Shown here: piece by piece, positions 8,592-18,352 of the stretch | How positions within the stretch are numbered: the first letter of the stretch is position 1 | Layout of the letters: each line of letters starts with the position of its first letter | Assembly: GCA_018649885.1 (NCBI GenBank) | Contig: JABIHA010000011.1 | Coordinates: forward strand, 1 to 64,000 | Direction of reading: 5' to 3' | DNA: 64,000 nucleotides | DNA from: Bacteriovoracaceae bacterium | GTDB taxonomy: Bacteria > Bdellovibrionota > Bacteriovoracia > Bacteriovoracales > Bacteriovoracaceae | The notes under the pieces: generated by a model | The model's database searches: none | What the model saw: only the letters and a program-made list of their open reading frames with translations | What the model was told of the DNA's origin: nothing | Translations under genes and position numbers: made by a program

Positions 8592-10277
8592 CTAATTGTT
8601 AACTGCTTCAGTCGTTTCAGACTTTGGTTTCACATCTTTGTTTTCTTTCAATGTGGAATCAATCAGTTCATGTAAGATTGAGCTAATATGGTTTTCTTCT
8701 CTGTAGCAAAGAATCGCATTTTGAGAAATTTCTAAAATACTATGGCCTTTTAGAAAGGCCTTCTTTACATGGAAATAATCGATTATGGGGCAAATGAGTT
8801 GATAAATCCCACCAAGTTGAAAACTAAGAGTATCAATTTCTTGGAGCTTATCAGAGTTTTCTTTTATTCTTTCAATGGGAGGTTTTTCTAGTTGAGCATC
8901 TTGCAAAATATAGGTTGAGAATTTCTCTCCAAATGTATTTAGCTCAAATAGACTTTCAATTCCTTTTCTGTAATTAACGAGGTGTTGGTATGTGTTTTCG
9001 TTTAATTTAGGAAAGGGTAGGTTTAACTCTTTGGACTCAAAGATATAAGACCAAATGATATTGTAGAGGACCTTAAAGGTATCCTCGACTGATGTTTCGC
9101 TTTTAATGACAGTGTCGAGGCAAATACCAGACGCGCAAAGTGAAGAGACGTAAATATTTGCAGAACCTAAATGGCACTCAGGTACGTTTTCTCGCAACAC
9201 CTTCTCATTAACATCAACACCTGCGAGAGAGGCATTTACAACATAATTAACGAGTTGATAACTAATATCTCCGTGACAAGGCAGTAGTTGGCATTTATCA
9301 GTCAAATTGCACGGAAAGCACTTTACCTTAGGGGTGATATTGATATTTTTGTCCCCATAGGGAGTTGTTTCATGCGGGCGAACTGAACCGAGTGAGAGAG
9401 TGATCGTCTTTACTCCCTCAAAGGCTGCAAGATGACCACCCATTGAATCATGGCCCAGAAAAAGAGAGGCCCTTGATATCGTATCCTGGATTTCTCTAAT
9501 AGAGGTTGTTCCAACAACATTATCTATTCTTTGCGTATATTTTGCTAGAACAATGCTCGAGGTGATTTGATCAGCATTTTCAGTATCAGCCCCAGAGCCC
9601 ATGATTGTAACTTTGTACTCAGGGTTGTCTTTTAGAATTTGATATATTAGTTCAACCCATTTATTTGGAGTCCAACACTTCTTCGCATTGGAAGCAAAAG
9701 GATGTACAACAATATTTTTTTCAGGTTTTTTAGGTTTATGAGGGAGCAGGTACTCACTTTTTGCACCTAAAATAAATCGATAAATATCGACGAGGTTAAA
9801 TGGACAATTTGTTCCGCGCATAACATTTGAATAAACGTATTGGCTCCATTGATCTAAAACCATCAAATTGCTTAGCTTGTCTCTCCAAAGTCCCAATCTA
9901 TGTCTGCAAGGAATGAGACTTGTAAGGTAGCCTGATGTCTTGGAAAATGAGAGGTTGATACAAACATCAATTTCATCTTCTTCAAACTGTGAAAAGAAAT
10001 CTTTTAAATTATTTCTTACATCAGCTAGGTCTGGTTTTTTGACAGTTTTACTGTAGAAGAATTCCCTTCGATCAAATAGATAGAATTTATCAAAGATATC
10101 TTTGAAATTATGAGAAAGCGGCTCACAAAATGACTTTCTTCCTACAAAAATCAATTTTACTGTAGGGTGCTGCCTTTTGAGCTCTCTTGCGGCCATAAGG
10201 GTTTGGATTGCATCCCCAATGCGCGTTGTCTGTACAATGCAAATAGTGTGGCTTTTCTTTTCTTGATTCTGGCTCAT
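8592..10277 (-). CDS. Glycosyltransferase family 9 with C-terminal extension
   Basis: QTTRIGDAIQT, VHPFASNAKKCW, FLGHDSMGGHLAA, CFPC-x5-C motif. Confidence 0.85.
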   Translation of the reverse strand: MSQNQEKKSHTICIVQTTRIGDAIQTLMAARELKRQHPTVKLIFVGRKSFCEPLSHNFKDIFDKFYLFDRREFFYSKTVKKPDLADVRNNLKDFFSQFEEDEIDVCINLSFSKTSGYLTSLIPCRHRLGLWRDKLSNLMVLDQWSQYVYSNVMRGTNCPFNLVDIYRFILGAKSEYLLPHKPKKPEKNIVVHPFASNAKKCWTPNKWVELIYQILKDNPEYKVTIMGSGADTENADQITSSIVLAKYTQRIDNVVGTTSIREIQDTISRASLFLGHDSMGGHLAAFEGVKTITLSLGSVRPHETTPYGDKNINITPKVKCFPCNLTDKCQLLPCHGDISYQLVNYVVNASLAGVDVNEKVLRENVPECHLGSANIYVSSLCASGICLDTVIKSETSVEDTFKVLYNIIWSYIFESKELNLPFPKLNENTYQHLVNYRKGIESLFELNTFGEKFSTYILQDAQLEKPPIERIKENSDKLQEIDTLSFQLGGIYQLICPIIDYFHVKKAFLKGHSILEISQNAILCYREENHISSILHELIDSTLKENKDVKPKSETTEAVNN

Positions 10278-10412
10278 CTAGGCATCCTCTTCTAGTAAGG
10301 CCGCTAAAAAAAGTACTTGCATCTCTTGCTCTGTAAGCTCTTTGTTTTGAGTGGTTTTTCCCTTTATTTCCTCAAGAGCATTAAAGATCTCAATATTAAT
10401 AGGTGTGCTCAT
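10278..10412 (-). CDS. Small 44-aa hypothetical protein
   Basis: AGGAGGA RBS, ATG 10412, MSTPINIEIFNALEEIKGKTTQNKELTEQEMQVLFLAALLEEDA; TAG abuts next ATG; below ORF-track cutoff. Confidence 0.7.
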   Translation of the reverse strand: MSTPINIEIFNALEEIKGKTTQNKELTEQEMQVLFLAALLEEDA

Positions 10413-10451
10413 GTATCCTCCTGATACTTAAGCTGGGTAAGCTCAGCGAAT

Positions 10452-12125
10452 TTAGTAACTTATTTCACCAACTTTGTTGGTGCTAAGTATTTGTGCCCGT
10501 TTGTTGTAGACAATAAAATCGTCTATGCAGGTATTTAGTGTCTGAAGATTATTTTTCAAACCATATAGTAGTCTCTCTGTTCGCTCTCTATTTTGCTCTA
10601 CTGATTTCACATGCATATTTTCGACTTCACCTCTAAACATATTGAGAGCAACTGAAGTGAGATGGTCGTTATCACCTCCATCAATGAGTAGAGTGAAGCG
10701 ATCAATAAATTCCTTCGATTGTTTTTGTGAGACCTGAGATGATTTGATATTTCTTAAAGTTGTTAATATTAACCGAAGATAATATGTCACTGACGTTTTC
10801 TGCGCATCAGCCCAGCATTTTAATTCATCTTCTTTGAATAGAGTTCTAATATGTTCCTTAAATCCATCACCCTTAAAGTTTGTTAGAAGTCGCAGACTAT
10901 ATTCAGCTGCAAAGATTCTTGTTAACTCGAGGTGAACATTAAAATCTCCAGCAATAGGGACATAGCAAATATACTCACCAACATTTCGAACACAGTATAA
11001 AGTTAAGTTCTGAGAGTATCTTTCTGGAGCATGGTATTTTGGGTCGTGTAGAGTGTTTAATGCATAGAAAATATCTTGGCTTTTAACAATGGCCTTGCAG
11101 TCAGCAAAATCATCTTGGGACCTCTGGTCTTTGGGTGTGACGCATGGACGGTACAATGTAATAGGGGATAGGATTAAATTTCCTTCTCCAATTGTCCCTT
11201 GCTTAAAAATGGGAGCATTTCCCATTGAGACTTCGAGAACTTTAGTCTTACAAAGATCAGCAGCATGTTTTATGGCGGTACAAGGAGTTATCAAGTAGTC
11301 CAAGTTCTTTAGAACTGAAGGTAGAGCAGTGAAATCAGTCTCAATTGTAATCAGCTCATTATCAAAGAATTTATTAATATGTGTTGATGCCTCAATTTCT
11401 TTGTCACAAGGGGCAATTAATAGAACAGGGAGAAATCGCTCTTCTTTTCTCATTAGTTTGATCAGACCAATAATTGTTTCAACACTTATATCTTTGGACT
11501 CACTTGATGACTTTAGTTGAATGCCAACTGTATATCTTGTTGTTTCGCCATCTTCATTCTTTGTTAGCGATGAAAATTTTTGTTTGCAAAGCTCATCATT
11601 GCTTGCCACTGACTTGAGCCCATAATTATTTGATTTTTCAACATTTGCAATTAGAGAGTAAACATCTTGCAAGTGAAGTGGTGTGTATTTATAGCTTGGC
11701 ATAACTTCATTCAAATAAAGGGACGCCTTGCTTGAATGAATGATATTTGATTGTTGTCCGTGCTTTATTCCACAAAAACTTTCACTTTCAAAAAATGAAG
11801 TGAGATATGAAGAGACTGGATCATTTGTATAGTTGAATACAATCTCCCACTTCGTATTTTTAAGCTCACGAAGCTGATTGTTAAAGCTATCAACAAGAAG
11901 CGAAGCATTGAAAATTCGATTGCGTTTTAGCATTAATAAATGTTCGCGATCGATATATGTAAAGTGGTCAATATTTTCAATTTTTTCAGCGACCTTTTTA
12001 TTAACTTTAAAGGTTAAAAGAGTTATTTTAGATTGCGGAAAACGATCTTTAAGAGAGCTTGCAATATAACCCGTGGTCATAACATCCCCGAGTCTTTTTA
12101 AATTAATAATTAGAATTTCTTTCAT
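10452..12125 (-). CDS. Glycosyltransferase family 9 with C-terminal extension (paralogue of 8592..10277)
   Basis: INLKRLGDV, GIQLKSSSESKDI, LITPCTAIKHAA GT-B/GT9 pattern. Confidence 0.8.
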   Translation of the reverse strand: MKEILIINLKRLGDVMTTGYIASSLKDRFPQSKITLLTFKVNKKVAEKIENIDHFTYIDREHLLMLKRNRIFNASLLVDSFNNQLRELKNTKWEIVFNYTNDPVSSYLTSFFESESFCGIKHGQQSNIIHSSKASLYLNEVMPSYKYTPLHLQDVYSLIANVEKSNNYGLKSVASNDELCKQKFSSLTKNEDGETTRYTVGIQLKSSSESKDISVETIIGLIKLMRKEERFLPVLLIAPCDKEIEASTHINKFFDNELITIETDFTALPSVLKNLDYLITPCTAIKHAADLCKTKVLEVSMGNAPIFKQGTIGEGNLILSPITLYRPCVTPKDQRSQDDFADCKAIVKSQDIFYALNTLHDPKYHAPERYSQNLTLYCVRNVGEYICYVPIAGDFNVHLELTRIFAAEYSLRLLTNFKGDGFKEHIRTLFKEDELKCWADAQKTSVTYYLRLILTTLRNIKSSQVSQKQSKEFIDRFTLLIDGGDNDHLTSVALNMFRGEVENMHVKSVEQNRERTERLLYGLKNNLQTLNTCIDDFIVYNKRAQILSTNKVGEISY

Positions 12126-12796
12126 TGGTTATCTCTCCCACCGCAGTCGTGTTCCCTTGTGATTTCATTCAATGCTAAGAAGAAGAAATCAAGTGGCTCA
12201 CTGTGGATATGTTTTTCTTTAACTGTATGCAAAAACTCATCAAAACCACTATCTTGATGATACTCGCCTATATATTCTTTTAGCTCTCTACTTCTCATGG
12301 AGCCAGAGATTTCCCCTAGTGTATTGGGGGCTGAGTATTTTAAAAACTTAGTAAAATAATCATTGTGAAGGTTGAAGCTGGCAGGGTGTGATATAACAGC
12401 TGGCTTTTTTAATAAAAAATCAATTAGATCATGGTCTTCGTATATTGATTTGATATCCCTGCCTGCGATAATTGCAATGTTTGGATCTCTCGTTTCATTA
12501 ATTTCCAGGTAGTAATTGTAAATTTCGACACCTGGTTCTAATACAAAGATTTTAAAATCTTCTCCATATATAGAGCGCAAATTTCTAGCGAATTCAATTA
12601 CGTGATATCCAAAGCCAAGACCTAAAACAAGAAGGTTAGCATTTGATTTAATCTGCTCTTCATTTTTTTTAAAAATGGTTTCAGCTTCTTTGATTGGATT
12701 GTAAGCACTGTGAAGATGGATCTGATTAATAATCGGAATTTTGTGGCCTGATTTGGATAGCTTAATTTTAATATGTTGATCTTTAGAAACGTCCAT
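12122..12796 (-). CDS. Stand-alone Maf (motility accessory factor)-type N-terminal domain protein
   Basis: HLHSAYNPIKEA and LLVLGLGFGYHV...VLEP motifs typical of the Maf N-terminal region; no DUF115 catalytic domain in 224 aa. Confidence 0.65.
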   Translation of the reverse strand: MDVSKDQHIKIKLSKSGHKIPIINQIHLHSAYNPIKEAETIFKKNEEQIKSNANLLVLGLGFGYHVIEFARNLRSIYGEDFKIFVLEPGVEIYNYYLEINETRDPNIAIIAGRDIKSIYEDHDLIDFLLKKPAVISHPASFNLHNDYFTKFLKYSAPNTLGEISGSMRSRELKEYIGEYHQDSGFDEFLHTVKEKHIHSEPLDFFFLALNEITREHDCGGRDNQ

Positions 12797-12875
12797 GTTT
12801 TTTCCTATTGGTAAGTCTTTTACACAACGACAATTAGCTCACGACATCCGATTATTGTCAATATCAGTCGGGCAT

Positions 12876-13295
12876 CTATCGCTTTACGTCTTTTAAATTA
12901 TATCCTCTTAAATTTTGGCCAGCTTGAAACACCCGGGCTATTTCTTGAGTAGTTTCATCTTTTACTTTTGACAGATTTAACACCAATCGTTCATCCATCT
13001 TTTGAATGTTTTCTGTCTTCTGCTGATGCGCGAATTTCCAGTCTTTTAGATACTTTATTTGATCAGTTGAGAGTGGGAGTTTAAGAGATAGAAACTTTTC
13101 GAGTAGTGACTCAACATTGTTTTGAATATTTTCTAACACAAATAGAAGTCTTTCCCTATTTTCGATCTCTGAGGCAATTGAATTTGTAGAATTTTCATTT
13201 TCTGACATCTTCAATAGTCTCTTAGTCAACTGCTCAACTTTATCAAGCATTTTTGTGTGCTCGTCTACCCAATCAGTAATTTCTTGAAATTTCAT
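12876..13295 (-). CDS. FliT/FlgN-like flagellar chaperone
   Basis: Helical 139 aa, directly downstream of fliS; ends in a GY motif typical of these chaperones. Confidence 0.6.
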   Translation of the reverse strand: MKFQEITDWVDEHTKMLDKVEQLTKRLLKMSENENSTNSIASEIENRERLLFVLENIQNNVESLLEKFLSLKLPLSTDQIKYLKDWKFAHQQKTENIQKMDERLVLNLSKVKDETTQEIARVFQAGQNLRGYNLKDVKR

Positions 13296-13306
13296 AGTTG
13301 TCCTCG

Positions 13307-13702
13307 TTACTTGTTTTGTTCAGCTTCTTGTTTTCGTAAGGCCTTAATTGCATCTTTCCATCCATCATAAAGAGTGGTTAGAACACTTAAACAACCCTCG
13401 AGAGGAGCTTTTTCGATGTCGATATTAGCCTGGGTACTTGCATGCAATACATAGTCATATAGAGCAGATAGTTCTTCAGCAATTTTTCCACCAACTTCAT
13501 GGTCCAAACTGTTGTTGAGTTCAATCACTATATCTTGCAGCTTCCCAATCGCCTCGCCCTTTTGAGCAAGATTCTTTTCGTCAATCGCTTGCATCGCGAG
13601 TTTGCAGTGCTTGATTGCAGCTTGATATAGCATTAATAAAATCTGTTCCTTACTTGACGTGTGCACCGAAGTTTTCTTGTATGCACCTAGTCCATAGCTC
13701 AT
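13307..13702 (-). CDS. fliS: Flagellar export chaperone FliS
   Basis: AYKKTSVHT, LLMLY, ELNNSLD, LSALYDY, GW motifs; follows fliD. Confidence 0.93.
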   Translation of the reverse strand: MSYGLGAYKKTSVHTSSKEQILLMLYQAAIKHCKLAMQAIDEKNLAQKGEAIGKLQDIVIELNNSLDHEVGGKIAEELSALYDYVLHASTQANIDIEKAPLEGCLSVLTTLYDGWKDAIKALRKQEAEQNK

Positions 13703-13717
13703 TCTAATCTCCTATTT

Positions 13718-15115
13718 TTATCCCAATTGTTTAACTGGGTCTGATATTCCACCTGAGGCCAATCCTGCAAGACCATTACCCTGACTTCTAATCCTGGCAA
13801 TTGTTCCTTCTAGTCTGGCAAATTTGTCTTTAAGCATTCGCTCTTTTTGATCAACCATTCTTTGTCTTGTTTCTATTTGTCGATCAACCTGATCAATATT
13901 ACTTTGCAGGCCATTATTTCTTGAGGGTAAAACTCCTGCTGGCTTTGAAAGAATTCCCTTTACAGATTTGTACAAGGTATTAAGGGAGCCGCTTACTCTG
14001 GTTCCGTCCTCTTTATCAAAGTAGCCTGTGAGTTGTTGCATAACTTGCTTTGAATTTCTCTTGATTGCAGATTCCAGCATGTTTTCATTTAGCTCAATAA
14101 GACCAGTTCTTTGGAACTGAACACCCATCTCGCTCATTCTCATGGTCCCGTATTCTGTTCTGACTGGCATTAACAAATTGGACCTAATACGAGATTCAAT
14201 CGTTTGAATAGAAACATCACCACCGAGTGTTTTTCTGGTATCAGTATTTTCATCCATGGTATTTTGCTCAATGATAAATTTGAGAACAGCATTAACTGAT
14301 TCAACCATTTCTTTAATTTTATCTGCGATGGCCTGAACATCTTCAGCAATTTGAATGGTAAATTCTTCTCCAGGAGCCGCTTTCAGAAGATCAATGGCAA
14401 GCCCAGGAATAAGATTTTCAGCGGTGTTCTTTTCAATTTCAAGTGGAAAGCCATCTAGATGTACTAGCGCATCTTGGGCCACTCTTTCCATATCCATATA
14501 AAGATCTTTGTCTCCATCAACAAAGTAAAAATATGGAAATTCTGCAGCGTTTTCATCACCTGTTTCTGCAAGTGAAACAATCATCCTCCACGGAGCATCC
14601 TCTATGGTCCCGTCGTGTACAACGGTGGCACGCATGCCATTGTCCCTATCTCCATTGATAAGGGAGGCGATTCCTCTTAGAGTTGAGTGTCCGGGATCTA
14701 CAAAGAGATCTCTGGTCTCTCCACTTGGAAGCGTATATTGAATAAAGCCGACGCCGACATAGTCGCTGTCAGGATCTTCAAATCCATTTGTCATGGCCGA
14801 GGACTTTTGCGCCAAGCTATTAACTTCAAATTGATAGGACCCTGCTTCAACAAGTGTTTTATCGACTTGAAAGTCCACAAGCTCCTCGTCGCCTGTCACT
14901 TTATATTCTTTCAAGCTTTTTTCTGTTTGTAGGCCGGATAGCTTGGTCTTTATGTCTTCCATATAGCCGATTAATTCTTTTACTAGTTTTTGTTTATCTT
15001 GGATTTGAGTTTTTCTTTCTTCCATTTTTTGAATAGGAAGATTCTCAGCAACCATAATTTGCTTTACGATATCTTTCGGTAATCCTGTATTAATGGATCC
15101 AAACGATATGCCCAC
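13718..15115 (-). CDS. fliD: Flagellar filament cap protein FliD
   Basis: GISFGSINTGLP N-terminus, LAQ, AQDA, C-terminal KFARLE coiled coil; AGGAGG RBS before GTG. Confidence 0.92.
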   Translation of the reverse strand: MGISFGSINTGLPKDIVKQIMVAENLPIQKMEERKTQIQDKQKLVKELIGYMEDIKTKLSGLQTEKSLKEYKVTGDEELVDFQVDKTLVEAGSYQFEVNSLAQKSSAMTNGFEDPDSDYVGVGFIQYTLPSGETRDLFVDPGHSTLRGIASLINGDRDNGMRATVVHDGTIEDAPWRMIVSLAETGDENAAEFPYFYFVDGDKDLYMDMERVAQDALVHLDGFPLEIEKNTAENLIPGLAIDLLKAAPGEEFTIQIAEDVQAIADKIKEMVESVNAVLKFIIEQNTMDENTDTRKTLGGDVSIQTIESRIRSNLLMPVRTEYGTMRMSEMGVQFQRTGLIELNENMLESAIKRNSKQVMQQLTGYFDKEDGTRVSGSLNTLYKSVKGILSKPAGVLPSRNNGLQSNIDQVDRQIETRQRMVDQKERMLKDKFARLEGTIARIRSQGNGLAGLASGGISDPVKQLG

Positions 15116-15322
15116 TTTGTGTTCCTCCTGAACTATGCAGAGCCTGTCTGTACATGCGGCTATGCCATCCTATAGTCCAATTTAACAAATATAGGGGAGT
15201 TGCCGCAATGGGAAATAATTGTGTCTAACTAAAATGCTCGGTTTTAGAGCAGGGGGAGGCATTGGTATAAGGTAACTTCTAGGTTATTATTTTTCATGGC
15301 AAATGCTACTGATCTTGAAATG

Positions 15323-15412
15323 GAAAAGGCCGAATTGGGGTTCGGCCTTCTCAATATTCGAGGGTAATTTGGGTAAGAATTTTTAGAGGTAAGCACCCCT
15401 TAATTTCTTACT
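15323..15412 (-). ncRNA. Candidate ~90-nt structured small RNA or attenuated leader
   Basis: Lies between a sigma28-like promoter and an intrinsic terminator GAAGGCCGAA-ccccaa-TTCGGCCTTTT; 5' hairpin GTAAGAA...TTCTTAC. Confidence 0.4.
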
Positions 15413-15416
15413 AGTT

Positions 15417-15444
15417 CACTCGGTTAATGCTCCTGGAAACTTAA
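15417..15444 (-). promoter_or_regulatory. Candidate sigma28 (FliA) promoter
   Basis: Minus strand T-TAAG-N15-ACCGAGTG versus consensus TAAA-N15-GCCGATAA; faces the fliD operon. Confidence 0.5.
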
Positions 15445-16932
15445 GTGGAAAACTCAGGTATTTTAAGAATTAAATCAAAGTTCTTCTTAATTAGGGTACT
15501 TAGCTACTTTTCCTTTCTCCTATTACCTATTTGGTTACAGCGTGGGATCGAATTAAATTTGGCAGGTCAATGCCTTTTAATGACTGTATATATTTTGTTT
15601 ATGGTGAGTCAGTGGTTTCTTTTAGGGAAGGAGATCGATCACAGGCTTAAAATATATTTTAAGGTTAACAGCTCACTCGACCGGGTAATTTACCGACTGA
15701 TGCTGGGGAAAATTGCTCTGGTATTATATTTTTTAGGCCTTTCATTAATTCCTGCTCATTTGGTAAAACATTTTTTTTGGGGAACATGGGTAGTGCTCGG
15801 GATTTTTTACTCCTGGCCAACTCGGGGTAAAATTGTCAGGGAAACCGTAACCTCGGAGCTTGCCGAGTTTAGATATTTGGACTCTTTTGAAAAAACTGTT
15901 TTATTTCTGATTTTACTACTGTTTTTATTTTCATTGCCTGAACTTCCCGTGCTCAATAGTACTGAGGCCCTAAAGTTATACTTTGATTCATCTGAACTCA
16001 TAAGTGAGCAGTACTGGACCTTCATGAAGCTTCACTACTTTCCTTTCTTAAAGAGACCTGAACTTCTAAAGGTCGGGTGGTGTTTACACTTCTATGTAAT
16101 AGGCATGGGTCTATTCCTTCTAACTTTCTATGCCATATTAAGGTTTTTCTTTGCTAGAAGGCTTTCTATTTTGGGAGTTTTCGCTTTGATATCCTCTTGG
16201 TCTTATTCAAAGATTTTGGGAGTAAAGCTAGGTGTCTCTTTACCAATGAGTTTTTCTATTTTGTGGGTGTGGGCACTTATTTGGATTCCAAAGAGCTCAA
16301 CCTATAGGCTGGGGCTATTCATCGGGTTGTTAGGCTACCTTGGAACCATCATAAACAATAATTACTACCTGTTAATATTACTGCAGTGGTCACTTCTATA
16401 TCTCTTCCTGCCAAAGGATAAAACCTACTGGTACAAGAGACAGTTTTTTAAATACTCCATATTTGGGATTGCCATATCGACCATGACTTTTTTATTTAGA
16501 ATTGACGAAAATACACTATTCAATCCACTGGATTGGAATGTTTATATTCCCCAGGTCTTGAAAATTTTGGATCGTAAGGCATTTTTCTCGCTGTGCTTTC
16601 CTGGGGTCATACTGTTTATTGTAAGAAGCGTAAGTAAGAGAGCGAATATACTTAGTGGTCCCCATATTGATTTGTCCTTGATCAATCAATTTCTCACTGT
16701 CTTTTGTTCGCTTGCAGTTTATTCAATTTTATTTGAGGGAACCTTGGTTGAATATTTTTCAATAATGTGGATATTGACCTTTTTTAGTCTGATACCTATT
16801 GAATGGATTTTTCAATCAATTAGTCGCTTGCGCTCTAGAAGGAATATGATATTTGGCGTTTATGCGATTATTTGTCTATTAGATAGTCACTTTGAAGGCC
16901 GAGTAAAAATCTTTCTTAAACTTTTTTCTTAA
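15445..16932 (+). CDS. Polytopic inner-membrane protein (possible GT-C-like fold)
   Basis: 495 aa with more than 10 hydrophobic segments; divergent from fliD. Confidence 0.7.
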   Translation: MENSGILRIKSKFFLIRVLSYFSFLLLPIWLQRGIELNLAGQCLLMTVYILFMVSQWFLLGKEIDHRLKIYFKVNSSLDRVIYRLMLGKIALVLYFLGLSLIPAHLVKHFFWGTWVVLGIFYSWPTRGKIVRETVTSELAEFRYLDSFEKTVLFLILLLFLFSLPELPVLNSTEALKLYFDSSELISEQYWTFMKLHYFPFLKRPELLKVGWCLHFYVIGMGLFLLTFYAILRFFFARRLSILGVFALISSWSYSKILGVKLGVSLPMSFSILWVWALIWIPKSSTYRLGLFIGLLGYLGTIINNNYYLLILLQWSLLYLFLPKDKTYWYKRQFFKYSIFGIAISTMTFLFRIDENTLFNPLDWNVYIPQVLKILDRKAFFSLCFPGVILFIVRSVSKRANILSGPHIDLSLINQFLTVFCSLAVYSILFEGTLVEYFSIMWILTFFSLIPIEWIFQSISRLRSRRNMIFGVYAIICLLDSHFEGRVKIFLKLFS

Positions 16933-16976
16933 TACCCAATTGTAAGAAACCAATTTTTAGATATATACTTAAGACA

Positions 16977-17231
16977 GTGAACAACATCCTTTCCCTGGGG
17001 GTCAGATTGTTTCAAGCAGGTCTAACAAAACGTTTCTACAGCAGTTTTGTCTCTTCGTACCAAACAATGCCACAGTTCAATCAAGGTCCTGAAGCTTCAG
17101 AGCCCTTTGTGTATGTGGACAAAAACGGTGTAAGGCTGGTCACGCAGGTGGTCGATTTGCCACTTAAGAGGGGCGATATTTTCGCTTTATCTGTGGCAGA
17201 AGATGGTCTTATTGAGGTACTTAGTTCGTGA
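16977..17231 (+). CDS. Hypothetical protein
   Basis: 84-aa ORF filling an intergenic gap; no recognised motif. Confidence 0.35.
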   Translation: MNNILSLGVRLFQAGLTKRFYSSFVSSYQTMPQFNQGPEASEPFVYVDKNGVRLVTQVVDLPLKRGDIFALSVAEDGLIEVLSS

Positions 17232-17593
17232 TTCATCTCCTCCCTTTGTGCGCAGTGCCATTGGGAGGATATGATCATTTTCACCATTATTTGAAGACAC
17301 ATAAAATTAACTATTTTAGGCGGGAAATGGACAGAATTGGCGCCAGGACCTTGTTTCCACAATTCTTCACCGATGTGCAAAACTTCTGCTAAAAGTCTGG
17401 ATAATTAAACTTTCCCAAAAAGGCAATTTCTTTCGCGCCACTAACTGCCTAAAATTACTACGACTTTCAGTCTATTTATGAACTAATAGTCGTTATGAGT
17501 TTTTCTTATATATGTGGAAAACTTTGTGAAAAAAGTGGAAAAGGTATGTTAATAGAATGAGGAGCAAAAAAAAATATATTTAAGGTTCTTAAC

Positions 17594-18352
17594 TTGCAAA
17601 TTAAATCTGTCCTTGAAAAGGCAAAAGCTGAAATTAACCGTGAACTTAGCTCTATTATTAAAACTGGAGTCGATACAACCTCTGTTTCTTTTGAGCTAAA
17701 AGCAGATGGCACACAGGTTAGTGCCCTCGATTTATTCATTCACAATTACTTTGCTCAGCATTTAAAAGATCTTGGAAACTTGATAAGCGAGGAAGCAGAA
17801 TTTGTTTTTAAGTTGCCCAGTTTTATTTTAGACCCCATTGATGGAACCAGAGAGTTTATATCGGGTATTGGTGAATGTGCCGTATCTCTTGGCTACTTAT
17901 CAGAGAATAAAAAAGAAAGTTGGGGTTGGATTTACAATCCTATAAATGGATTTGAAATATTATCAAACTCAGCAAATACCTATCACAGTAGTAGGGTCAA
18001 CCGTCCAGAGAGTAAAAAGATTGGATTTGTATCTAGAAGTGAGATCAGAGATGGGCTTTACGACGGACTTATGGATAGTAAAGAGATTGAGCTGATTTCC
18101 ATGGGTAGCATCGCTTATAAGTTAGGCCTTTTGGCCTCAGGTGCATGTGACTTTGTGGTTACTGAAAGAGCTAAGAATATTTGGGATATTGCAGGTGGAA
18201 ATATTTTATGTGAACAAAGAGGTATTAAGCTTTATTCGCAAGATGGGAGCGAGGTAGCGGTTGACCGAGTAAAGTTTGATGAACCACTTATCTGGTGCAA
18301 CCCGGGTGACCAAGACTTACTTTCAAGTTTTCTATTTGGTGGGAGCATATGA
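17594..18352 (+). CDS. Inositol monophosphatase/CysQ-family phosphatase
   Basis: SEE, LDPIDGTREF, GSIAYKL, WDIAGG motifs. Confidence 0.9.
   Translation: MQIKSVLEKAKAEINRELSSIIKTGVDTTSVSFELKADGTQVSALDLFIHNYFAQHLKDLGNLISEEAEFVFKLPSFILDPIDGTREFISGIGECAVSLGYLSENKKESWGWIYNPINGFEILSNSANTYHSSRVNRPESKKIGFVSRSEIRDGLYDGLMDSKEIELISMGSIAYKLGLLASGACDFVVTERAKNIWDIAGGNILCEQRGIKLYSQDGSEVAVDRVKFDEPLIWCNPGDQDLLSSFLFGGSI

Noticed and set aside
17350..17545. DnaA-box-like 9-mers (TGTGGAAAA, TGTGAAAAA)
   Set aside because: All are mismatched, few in number, expected in AT-rich DNA, and no oriC-linked genes are nearby.
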